Assembly (NCBI GenBank): GCA_903837495.1
Contig: CAILUT010000031.1
Location: 29,016 to 93,015, forward strand
DNA length: 64,000 bases
Reading direction: 5' to 3'
Source of the DNA: an uncultured Flavobacteriales bacterium
Lineage (GTDB): Bacteria > Bacteroidota > Bacteroidia > CAIKAF01
A model generated the notes under the pieces. The model saw only the letters and a program-made list of their open reading frames with translations, had not been told where the DNA came from and ran no database searches. Shown one piece after another: positions 8,739-18,703 of the stretch (positions within the stretch are counted from its first letter, which is position 1; each line of letters opens with the position of its first letter). The position numbers and the translations under genes are program-made.

Positions 8739-11700
8739 ATGAAAGAGACCAATCCCTGCGATGAGGTACTGAATAGCCTGAGCACCTGGCTTAAACAACA
8801 AACAGATTGGAACCTAAGCCCACCCGGCCGAATTCGAATGGAGGGTGCAGGAGGAAGCGCCTTGGCCTTTCTGGTGGCGGCCCACTTTCGCGATTCCGGG
8901 CGAAATCAACTGGTTCTAGCCCGAGACAAAGAAAGCGCTGCCTACTTAAACAACGACCTTGAAACCCTGCTTTCTGCAAAATCCAGCCTTTTTTTTCCAG
9001 AATCTTACCGAAGAGCCTACGACCAACCCGATGTGGACAATGCCAACGTCCTGCTTCGGGCCGAAGCCCTAAACCGGCTTCAAGAAAAATCGCCCCTGTG
9101 CCTGGTTACCTACCCCGAAGCCCTGAGCGAAAAGGTGGTAAGCCGCAAACAGCTTGAATCGCGCAGCCACCGCATTGCCCTGGGCGATCGCCTAGACATG
9201 GATTTTCTGTTCGACCTGTTGGTTTCTTACGACTTTGAACGCGACGACATGGTGTACGAGCCCGGGCAGTTCGCTCTGCGGGGAGGGCTCATGGACGTGT
9301 TTTCTTTTGCCCACAACCAACCCTTTCGCCTCGAATTCGAGGGCGATTTCATTTCCGACATTCGCTTCTTTGAGCCCGAAACCCAATTAAGCCAGGGTTC
9401 TGTCAACCAAGTGGTGCTGCTGCCCTCCATTGAACAGAAAGTGGGCACAGAGGAACGGTTAACCTTGCTCGACTTCATGGGTGCAGGAGTTGATTTCTGG
9501 GTCTATGATTCCCGAGATGCCGCCCAACGCATGGATAAAAAATTCGCCGAGGCCGAACGGGCATTTCAAGCATTAAACAGCCCCGTTCGCCGTACCCAGC
9601 CCGAAGATTTGGTTTGGTCGGGAAACGGCTTTTTGGCCAAACTCCTAAGCCAAACGTTCATGCAATTCGAAGCCCCAGGCGATGCCCAAGACCGAAAAAT
9701 TGACCTTCAGGCCAAAGCCCAACCCCTGTTCAATAAAAAATACGATTTGTTTCGAGCCCATGTCGATGAAATGGCCCAAGCAAAAACCCAAACCCTGCTG
9801 TTTTACGAACAAGAACCTCAGCGCGACCGCCTGATCGCCATTTTTCAAGATCAGTTTCAAATTGGCCCCGACCGCCTGCCTTTTACCTGGGTAAAAAAAG
9901 GGTTAAGCAAAGGGTTTCGATTGCCCCAACAAGGCTGGGCTTGCTATTCCGACCATGAATTGTTCGAGCGTTACCGGCGTTTTCGCATCAAATCCAGGTA
10001 CAGCAAACAACAGGCGGTTTCTGTCCGAGAACTATCGGAACTGCAGCCCGGCGATTATGTAACCCACATTGACCATGGGGTTTGCCGGTTTGCTGGGTTG
10101 GAACTTCAAGAAAACGGAGGCCGCCGGCAAGAAGTCATCAAACTGATGTTTAAGGACGGCGATGCCGTTTTCGTTTCCCTGCAGCAATTGCACCGAATCA
10201 GCCGGCATTCTGGCCGCGACGGGAAAGCCCCAGCCCTGAGCAAATTGGGCAGCAACACCTGGTCCAACCTAAAATCCAAAGCCAAGGCTAGAGTTAAAGC
10301 CCTGGCGTACGACCTACTTAAGCTGTATGCCCAGCGTCAAAAAGAAAAGGGGCATGCCTTTGCTGCCGACAACTACCTGATGCACGAACTGGAGGGCAGC
10401 TTTCCCTTTGAGGAAACCGAAGACCAAGCCAAGGCCATTCGGGACGTAAAGGCCGATATGGAACGAACCCGCCCCATGGATAGATTGGTCTGCGGAGACG
10501 TAGGCTTTGGCAAAACCGAAGTGGCCGTTCGAGCCGCCTTTAAATCTGTTTGCGACAACAAGCAAGTTGCCGTGTTGGTGCCCACCACCATCTTAGCTTT
10601 GCAGCACCATAAAACCTTCGAAAAGCGCTATACGGACCTGCCATGCCGGGTTGAATACATCAACCGCTTTCGTACCGCCGCTGAACAAAAGCAAATTCTG
10701 GCCGACTTAGCCTTGGGAAAGGTCGATGTGCTGATTGGCACCCACAAGCTGTTGGGCAAAGAAGTGCAATTCAAAGACCTAGGCCTTTTGATTATTGACG
10801 AGGAACAAAAATTCGGAGTCAACGCCAAAGACAAACTCAAAACCCTTAGGGTGAACGTGGATACCCTGACCTTAACCGCCACGCCCATACCCCGAACCTT
10901 GCAGTTTTCGTTGCTGGGCGCCCGCGATTTAAGCGTTATTCGAACCCCGCCCGGCAACCGCTATCCCATTTTAACCGAACTCAAAGGGTTCAACGAAGAA
11001 TTCATTCGAGACACCATTCAATTGGAATTGGAACGCGGAGGGCAGGTGTTCTTTTTGCACAACCGCATTCAAAACCTGCCCGAAATGGCGGGGGTTTTGC
11101 AGCGCTTGGTCCCCGATGCCCGCATTCGCTATGCCCATGGACAAATGGACGGCAAGGCCTTAGAAGAAATCATGCTGGAATTTATTCGGGGCGATTTTGA
11201 TGTGCTGGTTTCTACCTCCATCATCGAAAACGGCTTGGATGTGCCCAACGCCAACACCATCTTGATTCACGAAGCTCAAAATTATGGCCTAAGCGACCTG
11301 CATCAAATGCGGGGGCGGGTAGGCCGAGGAAACCGAAAAGCCTTCTGCTATCTAATAACCCCTCCTTTCCATGCCCTGGCCGCCGAAAGCAAACGCAGGC
11401 TGCAAGCCCTCATTGAATTTTCCGATTTGGGCAGTGGATTCCACATCGCCATGAAAGATTTAGACATCCGCGGAGCCGGCGATTTGCTGGGCGCCGACCA
11501 AAGTGGCTTTGTAAATGAAATGGGCTATGAAACCTATCAGCGGGTTTTGGCCGAGGCCATTCAAGAGCTGAAAGAAGAAGCGTTCGCCGAGGAATTTAAA
11601 GAAGAAATGAACTCGCAGGAACACCGCTGGGCTGTGGATTGCCAAATCGATACCGATTTGCCCTTACTGTTGCCAGAAACCTATGTGGACAGCATGGCCG

Positions 11701-12080
11701 AGCGCCTCGCTTTGTACAAAGAATTGGACAGCCTGCAACAAGACCATGAAATTCCCGCTTTTGAATCCCGACTTCGGGACCGATTTGGCCCTTTGCCGGG
11801 GCCAGCTACCGACCTTCTGCTGGCATTAAAACTAAGGCTGAAAGCCCAAAACCTAGGAATCGAACGAATTAGCCTAAAACATGGGCACCTTCAGGCCGGA
11901 TTCCCTGGCCAAGAACGGGCAGCCTATTACAGTTCAGGATTGTTTTCCAAAATTCTAGCCAAAATCGGGAACCGCCGCGATGTAGAAATGCGGCAGCAAA
12001 AAACACGGCTCGTACTCCATTTTAATGGGGTAAAAACCATGACAGACGCTTTGGGCGTGGTCGAGGGGTTGATGGCGTAG
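8739..12080 (+). CDS. mfd: Transcription-repair coupling factor
   Basis: 1113 aa. MDRLVCGDVGFGKTEVA, IIDEEQKFGV, TATPIPRTL, QMRGRVGR, C-terminal TRCF domain. Confidence 0.98.
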   Translation: MKETNPCDEVLNSLSTWLKQQTDWNLSPPGRIRMEGAGGSALAFLVAAHFRDSGRNQLVLARDKESAAYLNNDLETLLSAKSSLFFPESYRRAYDQPDVDNANVLLRAEALNRLQEKSPLCLVTYPEALSEKVVSRKQLESRSHRIALGDRLDMDFLFDLLVSYDFERDDMVYEPGQFALRGGLMDVFSFAHNQPFRLEFEGDFISDIRFFEPETQLSQGSVNQVVLLPSIEQKVGTEERLTLLDFMGAGVDFWVYDSRDAAQRMDKKFAEAERAFQALNSPVRRTQPEDLVWSGNGFLAKLLSQTFMQFEAPGDAQDRKIDLQAKAQPLFNKKYDLFRAHVDEMAQAKTQTLLFYEQEPQRDRLIAIFQDQFQIGPDRLPFTWVKKGLSKGFRLPQQGWACYSDHELFERYRRFRIKSRYSKQQAVSVRELSELQPGDYVTHIDHGVCRFAGLELQENGGRRQEVIKLMFKDGDAVFVSLQQLHRISRHSGRDGKAPALSKLGSNTWSNLKSKAKARVKALAYDLLKLYAQRQKEKGHAFAADNYLMHELEGSFPFEETEDQAKAIRDVKADMERTRPMDRLVCGDVGFGKTEVAVRAAFKSVCDNKQVAVLVPTTILALQHHKTFEKRYTDLPCRVEYINRFRTAAEQKQILADLALGKVDVLIGTHKLLGKEVQFKDLGLLIIDEEQKFGVNAKDKLKTLRVNVDTLTLTATPIPRTLQFSLLGARDLSVIRTPPGNRYPILTELKGFNEEFIRDTIQLELERGGQVFFLHNRIQNLPEMAGVLQRLVPDARIRYAHGQMDGKALEEIMLEFIRGDFDVLVSTSIIENGLDVPNANTILIHEAQNYGLSDLHQMRGRVGRGNRKAFCYLITPPFHALAAESKRRLQALIEFSDLGSGFHIAMKDLDIRGAGDLLGADQSGFVNEMGYETYQRVLAEAIQELKEEAFAEEFKEEMNSQEHRWAVDCQIDTDLPLLLPETYVDSMAERLALYKELDSLQQDHEIPAFESRLRDRFGPLPGPATDLLLALKLRLKAQNLGIERISLKHGHLQAGFPGQERAAYYSSGLFSKILAKIGNRRDVEMRQQKTRLVLHFNGVKTMTDALGVVEGLMA

Positions 12081-12244
12081 AGACGCAACATTTTGCGTCT
12101 CATGGTACGCCGTACAGACGCAACATTTTGCGTCTCATGGTACGCCGTACAGACGCAACATTTTGCGTCTCATGGTACGCCATACAGACGCAACATTTTG
12201 CGTCTCTACGCGCGAAAAATAGACGCAAAATATTGCGTCTCTAC
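12077..12244. repeat. REP-like palindrome array, 5 units at 35-bp period
   Basis: AGACGCAA-N4-TTGCGTCT at 12081, 12116, 12151, 12186 and 12221. Array begins GTAG and ends CTAC. Confidence 0.9.
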
Positions 12245-12286
12245 CCAAAACAATGAATTATGGACGGGGGCGGGGAGCGCATTCCT

Positions 12287-12294
12287 TAAGTTTG
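12287..12294 (+). promoter_or_regulatory. Bacteroidota -7 promoter box for prs
   Basis: TAAGTTTG upstream of ATG 12319. Confidence 0.45.
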
Positions 12295-12318
12295 CAAGCA
12301 GAATCGTACCTTTAACGC

Positions 12319-13257
12319 ATGTCCGCCATGTCATTCAAACTTTTTGCCCTATCGGGCAGCCAAGAATTGGGGAATGAAGTTGCCGGCCGAATGGGAATTT
12401 CTTTGGGGGCCCTTTTTACCACACGCTTTAGCGACGGAGAAGTGTATGCCCGGTTTGACGAAACCGTTCGAGGCGAAACGGTGGTATTGCTGGCTCAAAT
12501 CAACCTGCCTTACCACAACCTGTTTGAATTGCTGGTGGCGGCCGATGCCGCACGCCGGTCTTCCGCTCGAGAAGTGGTGGCGGTTTTGCCCTATTTGCCC
12601 CACAGCCGGCAGGAGCGCCGCGACGGGGAACGAACCGCCGTTACCTCGCGGTTGATGGCAGAAACCATTGAACTTTCGGGAGTGAACCGGGTTCTTACCC
12701 TTGACCTGCATTCCATGAGCATCGAGGGGTTTTTCAAAATTCCCATTGACCACCTGCAAATGAGTGCCGAGTTTGTGAAGGACATACGGGAGCAATATGG
12801 GGACAAGCCACTGATGGTGTGCAGCCCCGATTTCGGGGGAATAAAGCGAATACGCGCCTACAAACAAGCCCTGAACTGCGACATGGCGGTTATTCACAAA
12901 GAACGCCTAAGGCCCAACGAAGTGGACAGAATGGAAATCATTGGAGACCCCAGCGGAAAGCATGTGGTGTTGATTGACGACATGACCGACACAGGGGGCA
13001 CGCTGGTGGCTGCCGCCCGATTGCTTTTGAAGCAGGGCGCCCTTTCCGTGCGGGCCTATTGCAGCCACGGTGTTTTATCGGGCGAAGCGGTGGAACGCAT
13101 ACAAGCCTCGGACCTGCAAGAACTGGTCTTTACCAACAGCTTGCCCAACCGCCCCCAAGGGCCCAAATTCCGGGTGCTTTCCTGCGCCCCCTTGCTGGCC
13201 CGTGCCCTTGAAAACCTGTCAAGAAACCAAAGCATCAAGACCTTAAACAACATCTGA
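12319..13257 (+). CDS. prs: Ribose-phosphate pyrophosphokinase
   Basis: FSDGE, TLDLHS, SPDFGG, LIDDMTDTGGTL PRPP-binding motif. Confidence 0.96.
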   Translation: MSAMSFKLFALSGSQELGNEVAGRMGISLGALFTTRFSDGEVYARFDETVRGETVVLLAQINLPYHNLFELLVAADAARRSSAREVVAVLPYLPHSRQERRDGERTAVTSRLMAETIELSGVNRVLTLDLHSMSIEGFFKIPIDHLQMSAEFVKDIREQYGDKPLMVCSPDFGGIKRIRAYKQALNCDMAVIHKERLRPNEVDRMEIIGDPSGKHVVLIDDMTDTGGTLVAAARLLLKQGALSVRAYCSHGVLSGEAVERIQASDLQELVFTNSLPNRPQGPKFRVLSCAPLLARALENLSRNQSIKTLNNI

Positions 13258-14657
13258 TGTGGGGTAAGATCATCTCGGCTACCGACCTGGTTTGGTTTTT
13301 TTTCCTGTTTTTGGTGTTTTATTGGTATGCCAATAAGGTCAGCAACCTCAACATAAAAGAAAAACCCCATTACCGATACTTTACCCGGGCCTTGGTGTTC
13401 CGAATGTTGATGAGCTTGGTGTTTTTAGGCATCTATATTTTTTACTACGGTGGCGGAGACACCATCAATTATTGGGAGGCGGCGAATGCCTACAACAATT
13501 TATTTACGGCCAACTTTGATCAGTTTTGGGAGTTGATGACCATGCAGGTCAGCGAGAGCAACAACTATAAATTCTGGGAATACCTGCATGGAGAAGGGGT
13601 GGTTCATGGCAACATTCACCCTTCCATTTGGAAGCGGCCTGAAAACCTGTTCATTGTTCGGGCCGCCACCTTTCCCATGATTTTAACACAGGGCTCTATT
13701 GCCGGCACCACGGCCATTTTTGCCTTTTTTTCTTTTTTATCCATTTGGAAGATCTACCAGATTTTTTTGCATTATTTTCCGGAGCGGCACAAGGAATTGA
13801 ACATATCCATTCTGCTTATGCCTTCCGTGGCATTTTGGGGTTCTGGGATTATGAAAGACACGCTAACCATGATAGGTATTGGTTTTTTTCTGGACGCTCT
13901 TTTTCGCCGGTTCATTACCCACAAAATCGATCCCATTACCTTTTTTATTCAAGCCTTTATTTCAGGCTGGCTCATCTTTAATGCCAAATCCTACATATTG
14001 ATTGCCATGACTCCAGGGCTTTTGGTTTGGCTGAACTTTGATTCAATAAAGCAAATCAAAAGCGTTTTGATTCGAGTGGTAGTTTTACCCACGGTTGTTT
14101 TCGGTTCTTTGTTGGGGGCCACAGCTTTTTACCTTCAGGGAGGAGACCGCTTTGGAGAGTATTCGGCCGATACGGTGTTGGAAAAGGCCTCCCTGACCCA
14201 ACAGGATTTGGTGCGGGATCAATACGGTGAAAACAAATTCGATATTGGGGGCTTTGATCCTACCATTCAAGGCATTATCCCTAAAATTCCTATTGCCATC
14301 AATGCCGGATTGTATCGCCCGTACATTTGGGAGAGCGGCTCTCCGACTATGTTTTTTTCAGGATTGGAAAACAGTTATTTGTTGTTTTGGACTGTTGTTT
14401 TGCTTTATCGAAGTAAGGTGGGGGGCTTTTTCGTTCGGATTTTTCAGTATCCCTTGTTTGTATTTTGCCTTTCGTTTTCGTTGTTTTTGGCTTTTTCTAT
14501 TGGTCTAACTGCTGGCAATTTTGGTGCCTTGGTCCGGTATAAAATACCGATGCTCCCCTTTTTTACTTCCATGATTATGGTGCTTTCTTTCAGGAAAATA
14601 GCGCCCGAAAAGAATAAACTGGGGCCGGTCGTTCAAGGCGGCAAAACCAAGCGATAA
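13257..14657 (+). CDS. Multi-pass membrane protein, possible Wzy-like polymerase or GT-C enzyme
   Basis: About 10 hydrophobic segments, YYGGGDT..Y, PSVAFWGSGIMKD, NFGALVRYK. Confidence 0.6.
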   Translation: MWGKIISATDLVWFFFLFLVFYWYANKVSNLNIKEKPHYRYFTRALVFRMLMSLVFLGIYIFYYGGGDTINYWEAANAYNNLFTANFDQFWELMTMQVSESNNYKFWEYLHGEGVVHGNIHPSIWKRPENLFIVRAATFPMILTQGSIAGTTAIFAFFSFLSIWKIYQIFLHYFPERHKELNISILLMPSVAFWGSGIMKDTLTMIGIGFFLDALFRRFITHKIDPITFFIQAFISGWLIFNAKSYILIAMTPGLLVWLNFDSIKQIKSVLIRVVVLPTVVFGSLLGATAFYLQGGDRFGEYSADTVLEKASLTQQDLVRDQYGENKFDIGGFDPTIQGIIPKIPIAINAGLYRPYIWESGSPTMFFSGLENSYLLFWTVVLLYRSKVGGFFVRIFQYPLFVFCLSFSLFLAFSIGLTAGNFGALVRYKIPMLPFFTSMIMVLSFRKIAPEKNKLGPVVQGGKTKR

Positions 14658-14659
14658 GT

Positions 14660-15115
14660 ATGCCAAGTCCTGAGGTTAGAGCTCAAATAATTCGATTTTG
14701 TGCCCGAAGAGAACGTTCGCAACGGGAGGTACTGGATAAAATTCGAGAACTGCAAGCTCCAACCCAATGGCTGGAGGAACTTCAGCAAGAAGGCTGGTGG
14801 AATCAGGAACGCTTTGCCAAGGCGTATGCTTTTGACCATTGGAATTTGCACCATTGGGGAAAAGAAAAAATAAGCCACGGTTTGCGGGCAGCAGGGGTGG
14901 ATTCGAGGCTGAGGCAGCAGGTTTTGAACAACCTTCCTCATGAGGAATACCTTCAAAAGCTAAAGCGCTTAATGCAGAGAAAGCAGCAATCTTATGCCCA
15001 AGATATTACGGAAGAACTTCGGCAAAAGAGTCGAAGCCACTTTGCCCGTAAGGGATACAGCTGGGACGATATTCTGGATGCAGAAAAAGGCTTGACCTAT
15101 GGGGAAGAATTTTAA
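14660..15115 (+). CDS. recX: Regulatory protein RecX
   Basis: FCARRERSQREV..K, ERFAKAY, WGKEKI..GL, ARKGYS. Confidence 0.9.
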   Translation: MPSPEVRAQIIRFCARRERSQREVLDKIRELQAPTQWLEELQQEGWWNQERFAKAYAFDHWNLHHWGKEKISHGLRAAGVDSRLRQQVLNNLPHEEYLQKLKRLMQRKQQSYAQDITEELRQKSRSHFARKGYSWDDILDAEKGLTYGEEF

Positions 15116-15159
15116 CACTGAATCCGCCCTTAAAACCAAGGGAAAAATTTAGTTCCAAA

Positions 15160-16155
15160 TCAAGGAGCCGCCGCCGCACGGACAAATTTGTCGTTGAGGG
15201 CATCGGCAAAAGGCAGGTGTTCGGGCAGCATGCGGACAAAAATTTGGGAGAATCCCGCTTGGTCGGCTTCCCGCAAACAGGCATACCATTTTCGGGCGGC
15301 TTCGTAGGGGTCATTGTTTTGCGACAAGACCCAAACGTTTGCATGGTTGGGATGGGCTTCGGCAAGGGGCAGAATTAAGGCCACATTAGAACCCAGTTCT
15401 GGCCACGGCTGGTCCGATTTTAGAATAGACAAGGGCGTTCGGGGAGCGTAATGCCTTGACAGCATGCCTGGAGCAGCCGGGTGTTCCTCGGAACGGATGC
15501 GTTCTTCGGGAAGGTAGCCCAAAACTCGAGCCAATGCGGAGCTTTCAATGCCCCCTCGGCGGTACACCCGAGCTTTTCCATCTTCAAATCCAACAATGGT
15601 CGATTCCAGACCAACCTCGCAATCTCCCCCGTCCAACACGTAGGGCAGCTCCGGCCCAAATGCCTCCCGTACATGCCTGGCTTTTGTGGGACTAATGTAG
15701 CCAAACAGGTTGGCCGAAGGGGCCGCCAACGGAAAGTCAAGCATGTCCAACAGCGCCAAGGCCATGAGATGGCTGGGCATGCGCAGGCCTACTCGGTCTA
15801 AGCCCGAGGTAACCAGGTCGGGAATGCGTTCGGTTTTAGGCAGCAACAGGGTTAGTGGCCCAGGCCAAAAAGCGGCCATCAGGGCTTCTGCTTCTGTTGG
15901 TATTTCACGTACCCATTCACGAAAGGGGGAATTTGGACCAATATGAACAATCAAGGGGTCAAAATCGGGCCGTTTTTTGGCTTTGAAAACCCGGGCCACC
16001 GCTTCTGCGTCCAAAGCATTGGCGGCCATTCCATACACGGTTTCGGTAGGCATGCCCACCGGAAGGCCTTGCTGCAAGTACCGAGCAGCCAAGCCCAGGT
16101 CGGTTCCTATACTGGGAGCATGCCGGTTTCTGTCCAAATTTGGTTTATTGGGCAT
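15160..16155 (-). CDS. sua5: Threonylcarbamoyl-AMP synthase (Sua5/TsaC)
   Basis: PTETVYGMAA, KKRPDFDPLIVH, AAPSAN, APGMLSRHYAP (SUA5 domain). Confidence 0.95.
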   Translation of the reverse strand: MPNKPNLDRNRHAPSIGTDLGLAARYLQQGLPVGMPTETVYGMAANALDAEAVARVFKAKKRPDFDPLIVHIGPNSPFREWVREIPTEAEALMAAFWPGPLTLLLPKTERIPDLVTSGLDRVGLRMPSHLMALALLDMLDFPLAAPSANLFGYISPTKARHVREAFGPELPYVLDGGDCEVGLESTIVGFEDGKARVYRRGGIESSALARVLGYLPEERIRSEEHPAAPGMLSRHYAPRTPLSILKSDQPWPELGSNVALILPLAEAHPNHANVWVLSQNNDPYEAARKWYACLREADQAGFSQIFVRMLPEHLPFADALNDKFVRAAAAP

Positions 16156-18586
16156 CGCGCAGGCGGCAGTTCAGGGCGGACAGGCCGTCTAAAATACGGC
16201 CAATGGCCGCATCGGCATCGGTATCGCGCAGTGTCTTTTCGGGATCGGCAAAGGTGAGCGCCACCGCCAAAGACCTGAATCCTTCGGGAATACCCTTGCC
16301 TTGGTACACATCAAACAGTTGGCACTCTCGAAGCAAGGCCCCTCCTTGCTTTCGAATCAAGGCTTCCATGTTGGCATAGGCAAGGCCTTCGGGGGCCAGC
16401 ATAGCCAAATCCCGTTGAATGGAGGGGAACCGGGGCAAAGCGGCAAAGGGTTTTTTGCTTGCCGACTTGAAGGCCGCACAGGCCGTGCGGTTGAGTTCTA
16501 AAAACCAAACGGGGGTTTTTATGTCCATGGTTTTTAGCAAAGCAGGATCGACCAAGCCCATTGAAAGCAAGGGGGCTTGAGGATCTTTCATGTACGCAAT
16601 CCAGCCATAGCCTGGCCAAGGAAGGGGATGTTCTGAGCTCCACCGAGGCGACAATCCAAGCTGCCGCATCAGGTCTTCGCCCCAGGCTTTCAATTCGTAA
16701 ATGCCCTGTTCTTTTTGGGTGCTGTTCCAATGATCGGCCAATGCCTTTCCCGACATCATAAGCCCTAGGCGTTCTTCTTCAACGAAGCCTTGGCCTTCAG
16801 ACAAGTAGGCCCGCCCAAATTCAAAAACCCGCCAATCTAGGTTGCGTTGCTGCACGTTCCGGCTGGCATTTTGAAGCATGGAACCCAACAGGCCTGGCCT
16901 TAGGGTGTCCAGCTCTTTGCTTAGCGGATTTTCAAGGCTTGCGGTTTGTTCGGCCAAGGAGGGATAGGTCTTCAAGGCCAGCTCTTGGGAATGCATGGAC
17001 AGGGAAATGGATTCATGCCAGCCATTTTGCCGCAGGCGTTCTGATAATTGGCTGCGCAGGCGGTCTTCGTTGCCCGAATGCTGGGTGTTGATGTTCAAGG
17101 CCATTTTGCCGGTAACGGGGATTCGGTCTAGGCCATAAATCCGCAGCACCTCTTCGGCCACGTCTGCTGGGCGGAACACATCGGGACGGTATCCGGGGAC
17201 TTTAAGCCTCCAAGAGCGGTGCCGTTCCATGGCGCCTTCGAATCCAAGTGCGGTTAAGATGTCGGCGGCTTCGTTGAGCGGGATTTCAACCCCGGCAACT
17301 CGATTTAAGTAGTGTTGGTCCACATCCACAAATCGGGGGGCTGGAAGGCCTTTGCTGAGGATGTCAACTTCGTCGCCTTCGATTTCGCCCCCGCCCAGTT
17401 CCAAAATAAGCCTGGCCGCCACCCTTAGGGCGGTCAGGGTAATGCCGGCATCGCAGCCCCGTTCAAAGCGGAAGGAGGCATCGGTATGCAGGCCGTGGCG
17501 CTTGGCGCTTTGCCGAACGCGTCCTGGGTCAAACCAGGCGGCTTCAATAAAAATTCGGCTGCTTTTGGCATTTATTCCACTGTGTTTTCCTCCAAATACT
17601 CCCGCCAGGCACACGGCCTTTTCGGCATCGGCAATAACCAAGTCTTGGGTGTTCAGCTCGCGTTCTACCTCGTCCAGGGTGGTTAGGGTTTCTTTGGGAA
17701 GGGCCGAACGAATCTGAATGCTGTTTCCTTTTAGCTTGTCGGCATCAAAGGTGTGAAGGGGCAAGCCGAGCATGTACATCACATAATTGCTCACATCTAC
17801 CACGTTGTTTTGGGGTTTGATGCCCAGCGATTTTAAGCGGTCGGCCAATTGGGTTGGCGATTCGCGCACTTGAACGCCCCGAAGGGTGATGCCGGAGTAC
17901 CTTCCACAGCCTGTTTCGTCTTCGATGCTGGGTACAATTCCCCGTCCGGGTCCGCTGAGGGGCAAAAAGGCGCGTGGAAATTCGGGCATGGCCCAGGATT
18001 CGCCCTCAGAAACGGCCTTGGCCACCAAATCGCGGCAGGCCCCCAAATGGCTAGCTCCATCAACCCGGTTGGGGGTAATGTTGATGGTTAGGATTTCATC
18101 GCTTTTTAAGTGCAAGAATTCGGCGGCCGATTGACCGATGGGGGCATGTTCGTCAAGCACCAGAATGCCCTCGTGGCTGGAACCCAAGCCGAGTTCGTCT
18201 TCGGCGCAAATCATGCCGGCAGAATCTTCTCCTCGAATTTTTGAAGCCTTAATGGTAAGGGGGCTTCCGTCTTTGGGGTAGAGTGTGGCTCCGGGCAAAG
18301 CGACCAGCACTTTTTGACCGGCGGCCACATTGGATGCCCCGCACACAATTTGCCGGGGCGATTCTTCTCCGGTATCTACCAAGCAAACCGAAAGGCGGTC
18401 GGCATTGGGGTGGGGCTTCCGTTCTAAAACCAAGCCCACACAGACGCCCGCCAAGCCACCGGGTATGGCCTCAACCTTTTCGCGTTCTTCCACTTCTAGG
18501 CCGGTCGAGGTAAGTCGGTCGGCTACCTCGTCGGCAGAAAGTTCTTTGTTTAGCAGTTCATTGATCCAGGCGACCGATAGTTTCAT
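16145..18586 (-). CDS. pheT: Phenylalanyl-tRNA synthetase beta subunit
   Basis: MKLSVAW start at 18586. HPNADRL, IVCGASNV, ITPNRVD, RFERG, C-terminal FDX-ACB domain (RDLA..FDVYQG). Confidence 0.97.
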   Translation of the reverse strand: MKLSVAWINELLNKELSADEVADRLTSTGLEVEEREKVEAIPGGLAGVCVGLVLERKPHPNADRLSVCLVDTGEESPRQIVCGASNVAAGQKVLVALPGATLYPKDGSPLTIKASKIRGEDSAGMICAEDELGLGSSHEGILVLDEHAPIGQSAAEFLHLKSDEILTINITPNRVDGASHLGACRDLVAKAVSEGESWAMPEFPRAFLPLSGPGRGIVPSIEDETGCGRYSGITLRGVQVRESPTQLADRLKSLGIKPQNNVVDVSNYVMYMLGLPLHTFDADKLKGNSIQIRSALPKETLTTLDEVERELNTQDLVIADAEKAVCLAGVFGGKHSGINAKSSRIFIEAAWFDPGRVRQSAKRHGLHTDASFRFERGCDAGITLTALRVAARLILELGGGEIEGDEVDILSKGLPAPRFVDVDQHYLNRVAGVEIPLNEAADILTALGFEGAMERHRSWRLKVPGYRPDVFRPADVAEEVLRIYGLDRIPVTGKMALNINTQHSGNEDRLRSQLSERLRQNGWHESISLSMHSQELALKTYPSLAEQTASLENPLSKELDTLRPGLLGSMLQNASRNVQQRNLDWRVFEFGRAYLSEGQGFVEEERLGLMMSGKALADHWNSTQKEQGIYELKAWGEDLMRQLGLSPRWSSEHPLPWPGYGWIAYMKDPQAPLLSMGLVDPALLKTMDIKTPVWFLELNRTACAAFKSASKKPFAALPRFPSIQRDLAMLAPEGLAYANMEALIRKQGGALLRECQLFDVYQGKGIPEGFRSLAVALTFADPEKTLRDTDADAAIGRILDGLSALNCRLRDAQ

Positions 18587-18602
18587 TGGGAAGAAATATC
18601 TG

Positions 18603-18610
18603 CAAAAATA
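18603..18610 (-). promoter_or_regulatory. -7 promoter box for pheT
   Basis: TATTTTTG on the minus strand upstream of ATG 18586. Confidence 0.45.
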
Positions 18611-18675
18611 GGAAATGGACATGGAGGGGCAATATTTTTAATGTATGGAAACCACAAAAACCAAGCACTTGCCCG

Positions 18676-18683
18676 TACATTTG
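18676..18683 (+). promoter_or_regulatory. -7 promoter box, divergent from pheT
   Basis: TACATTTG 20 nt before ATG 18704. Confidence 0.45.
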
Positions 18684-18703
18684 AAACTTAGAATAGAATA
18701 TTA

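Noticed and set aside
12077-12244. CRISPR array
   Set aside because: Linkers are only 15 bp and three of the four are near-identical. No cas genes. The GTAG/CTAC hairpin fits a REP
12093-12377. 94-aa ORF
   Set aside because: Read-through of the REP array, overlapping prs
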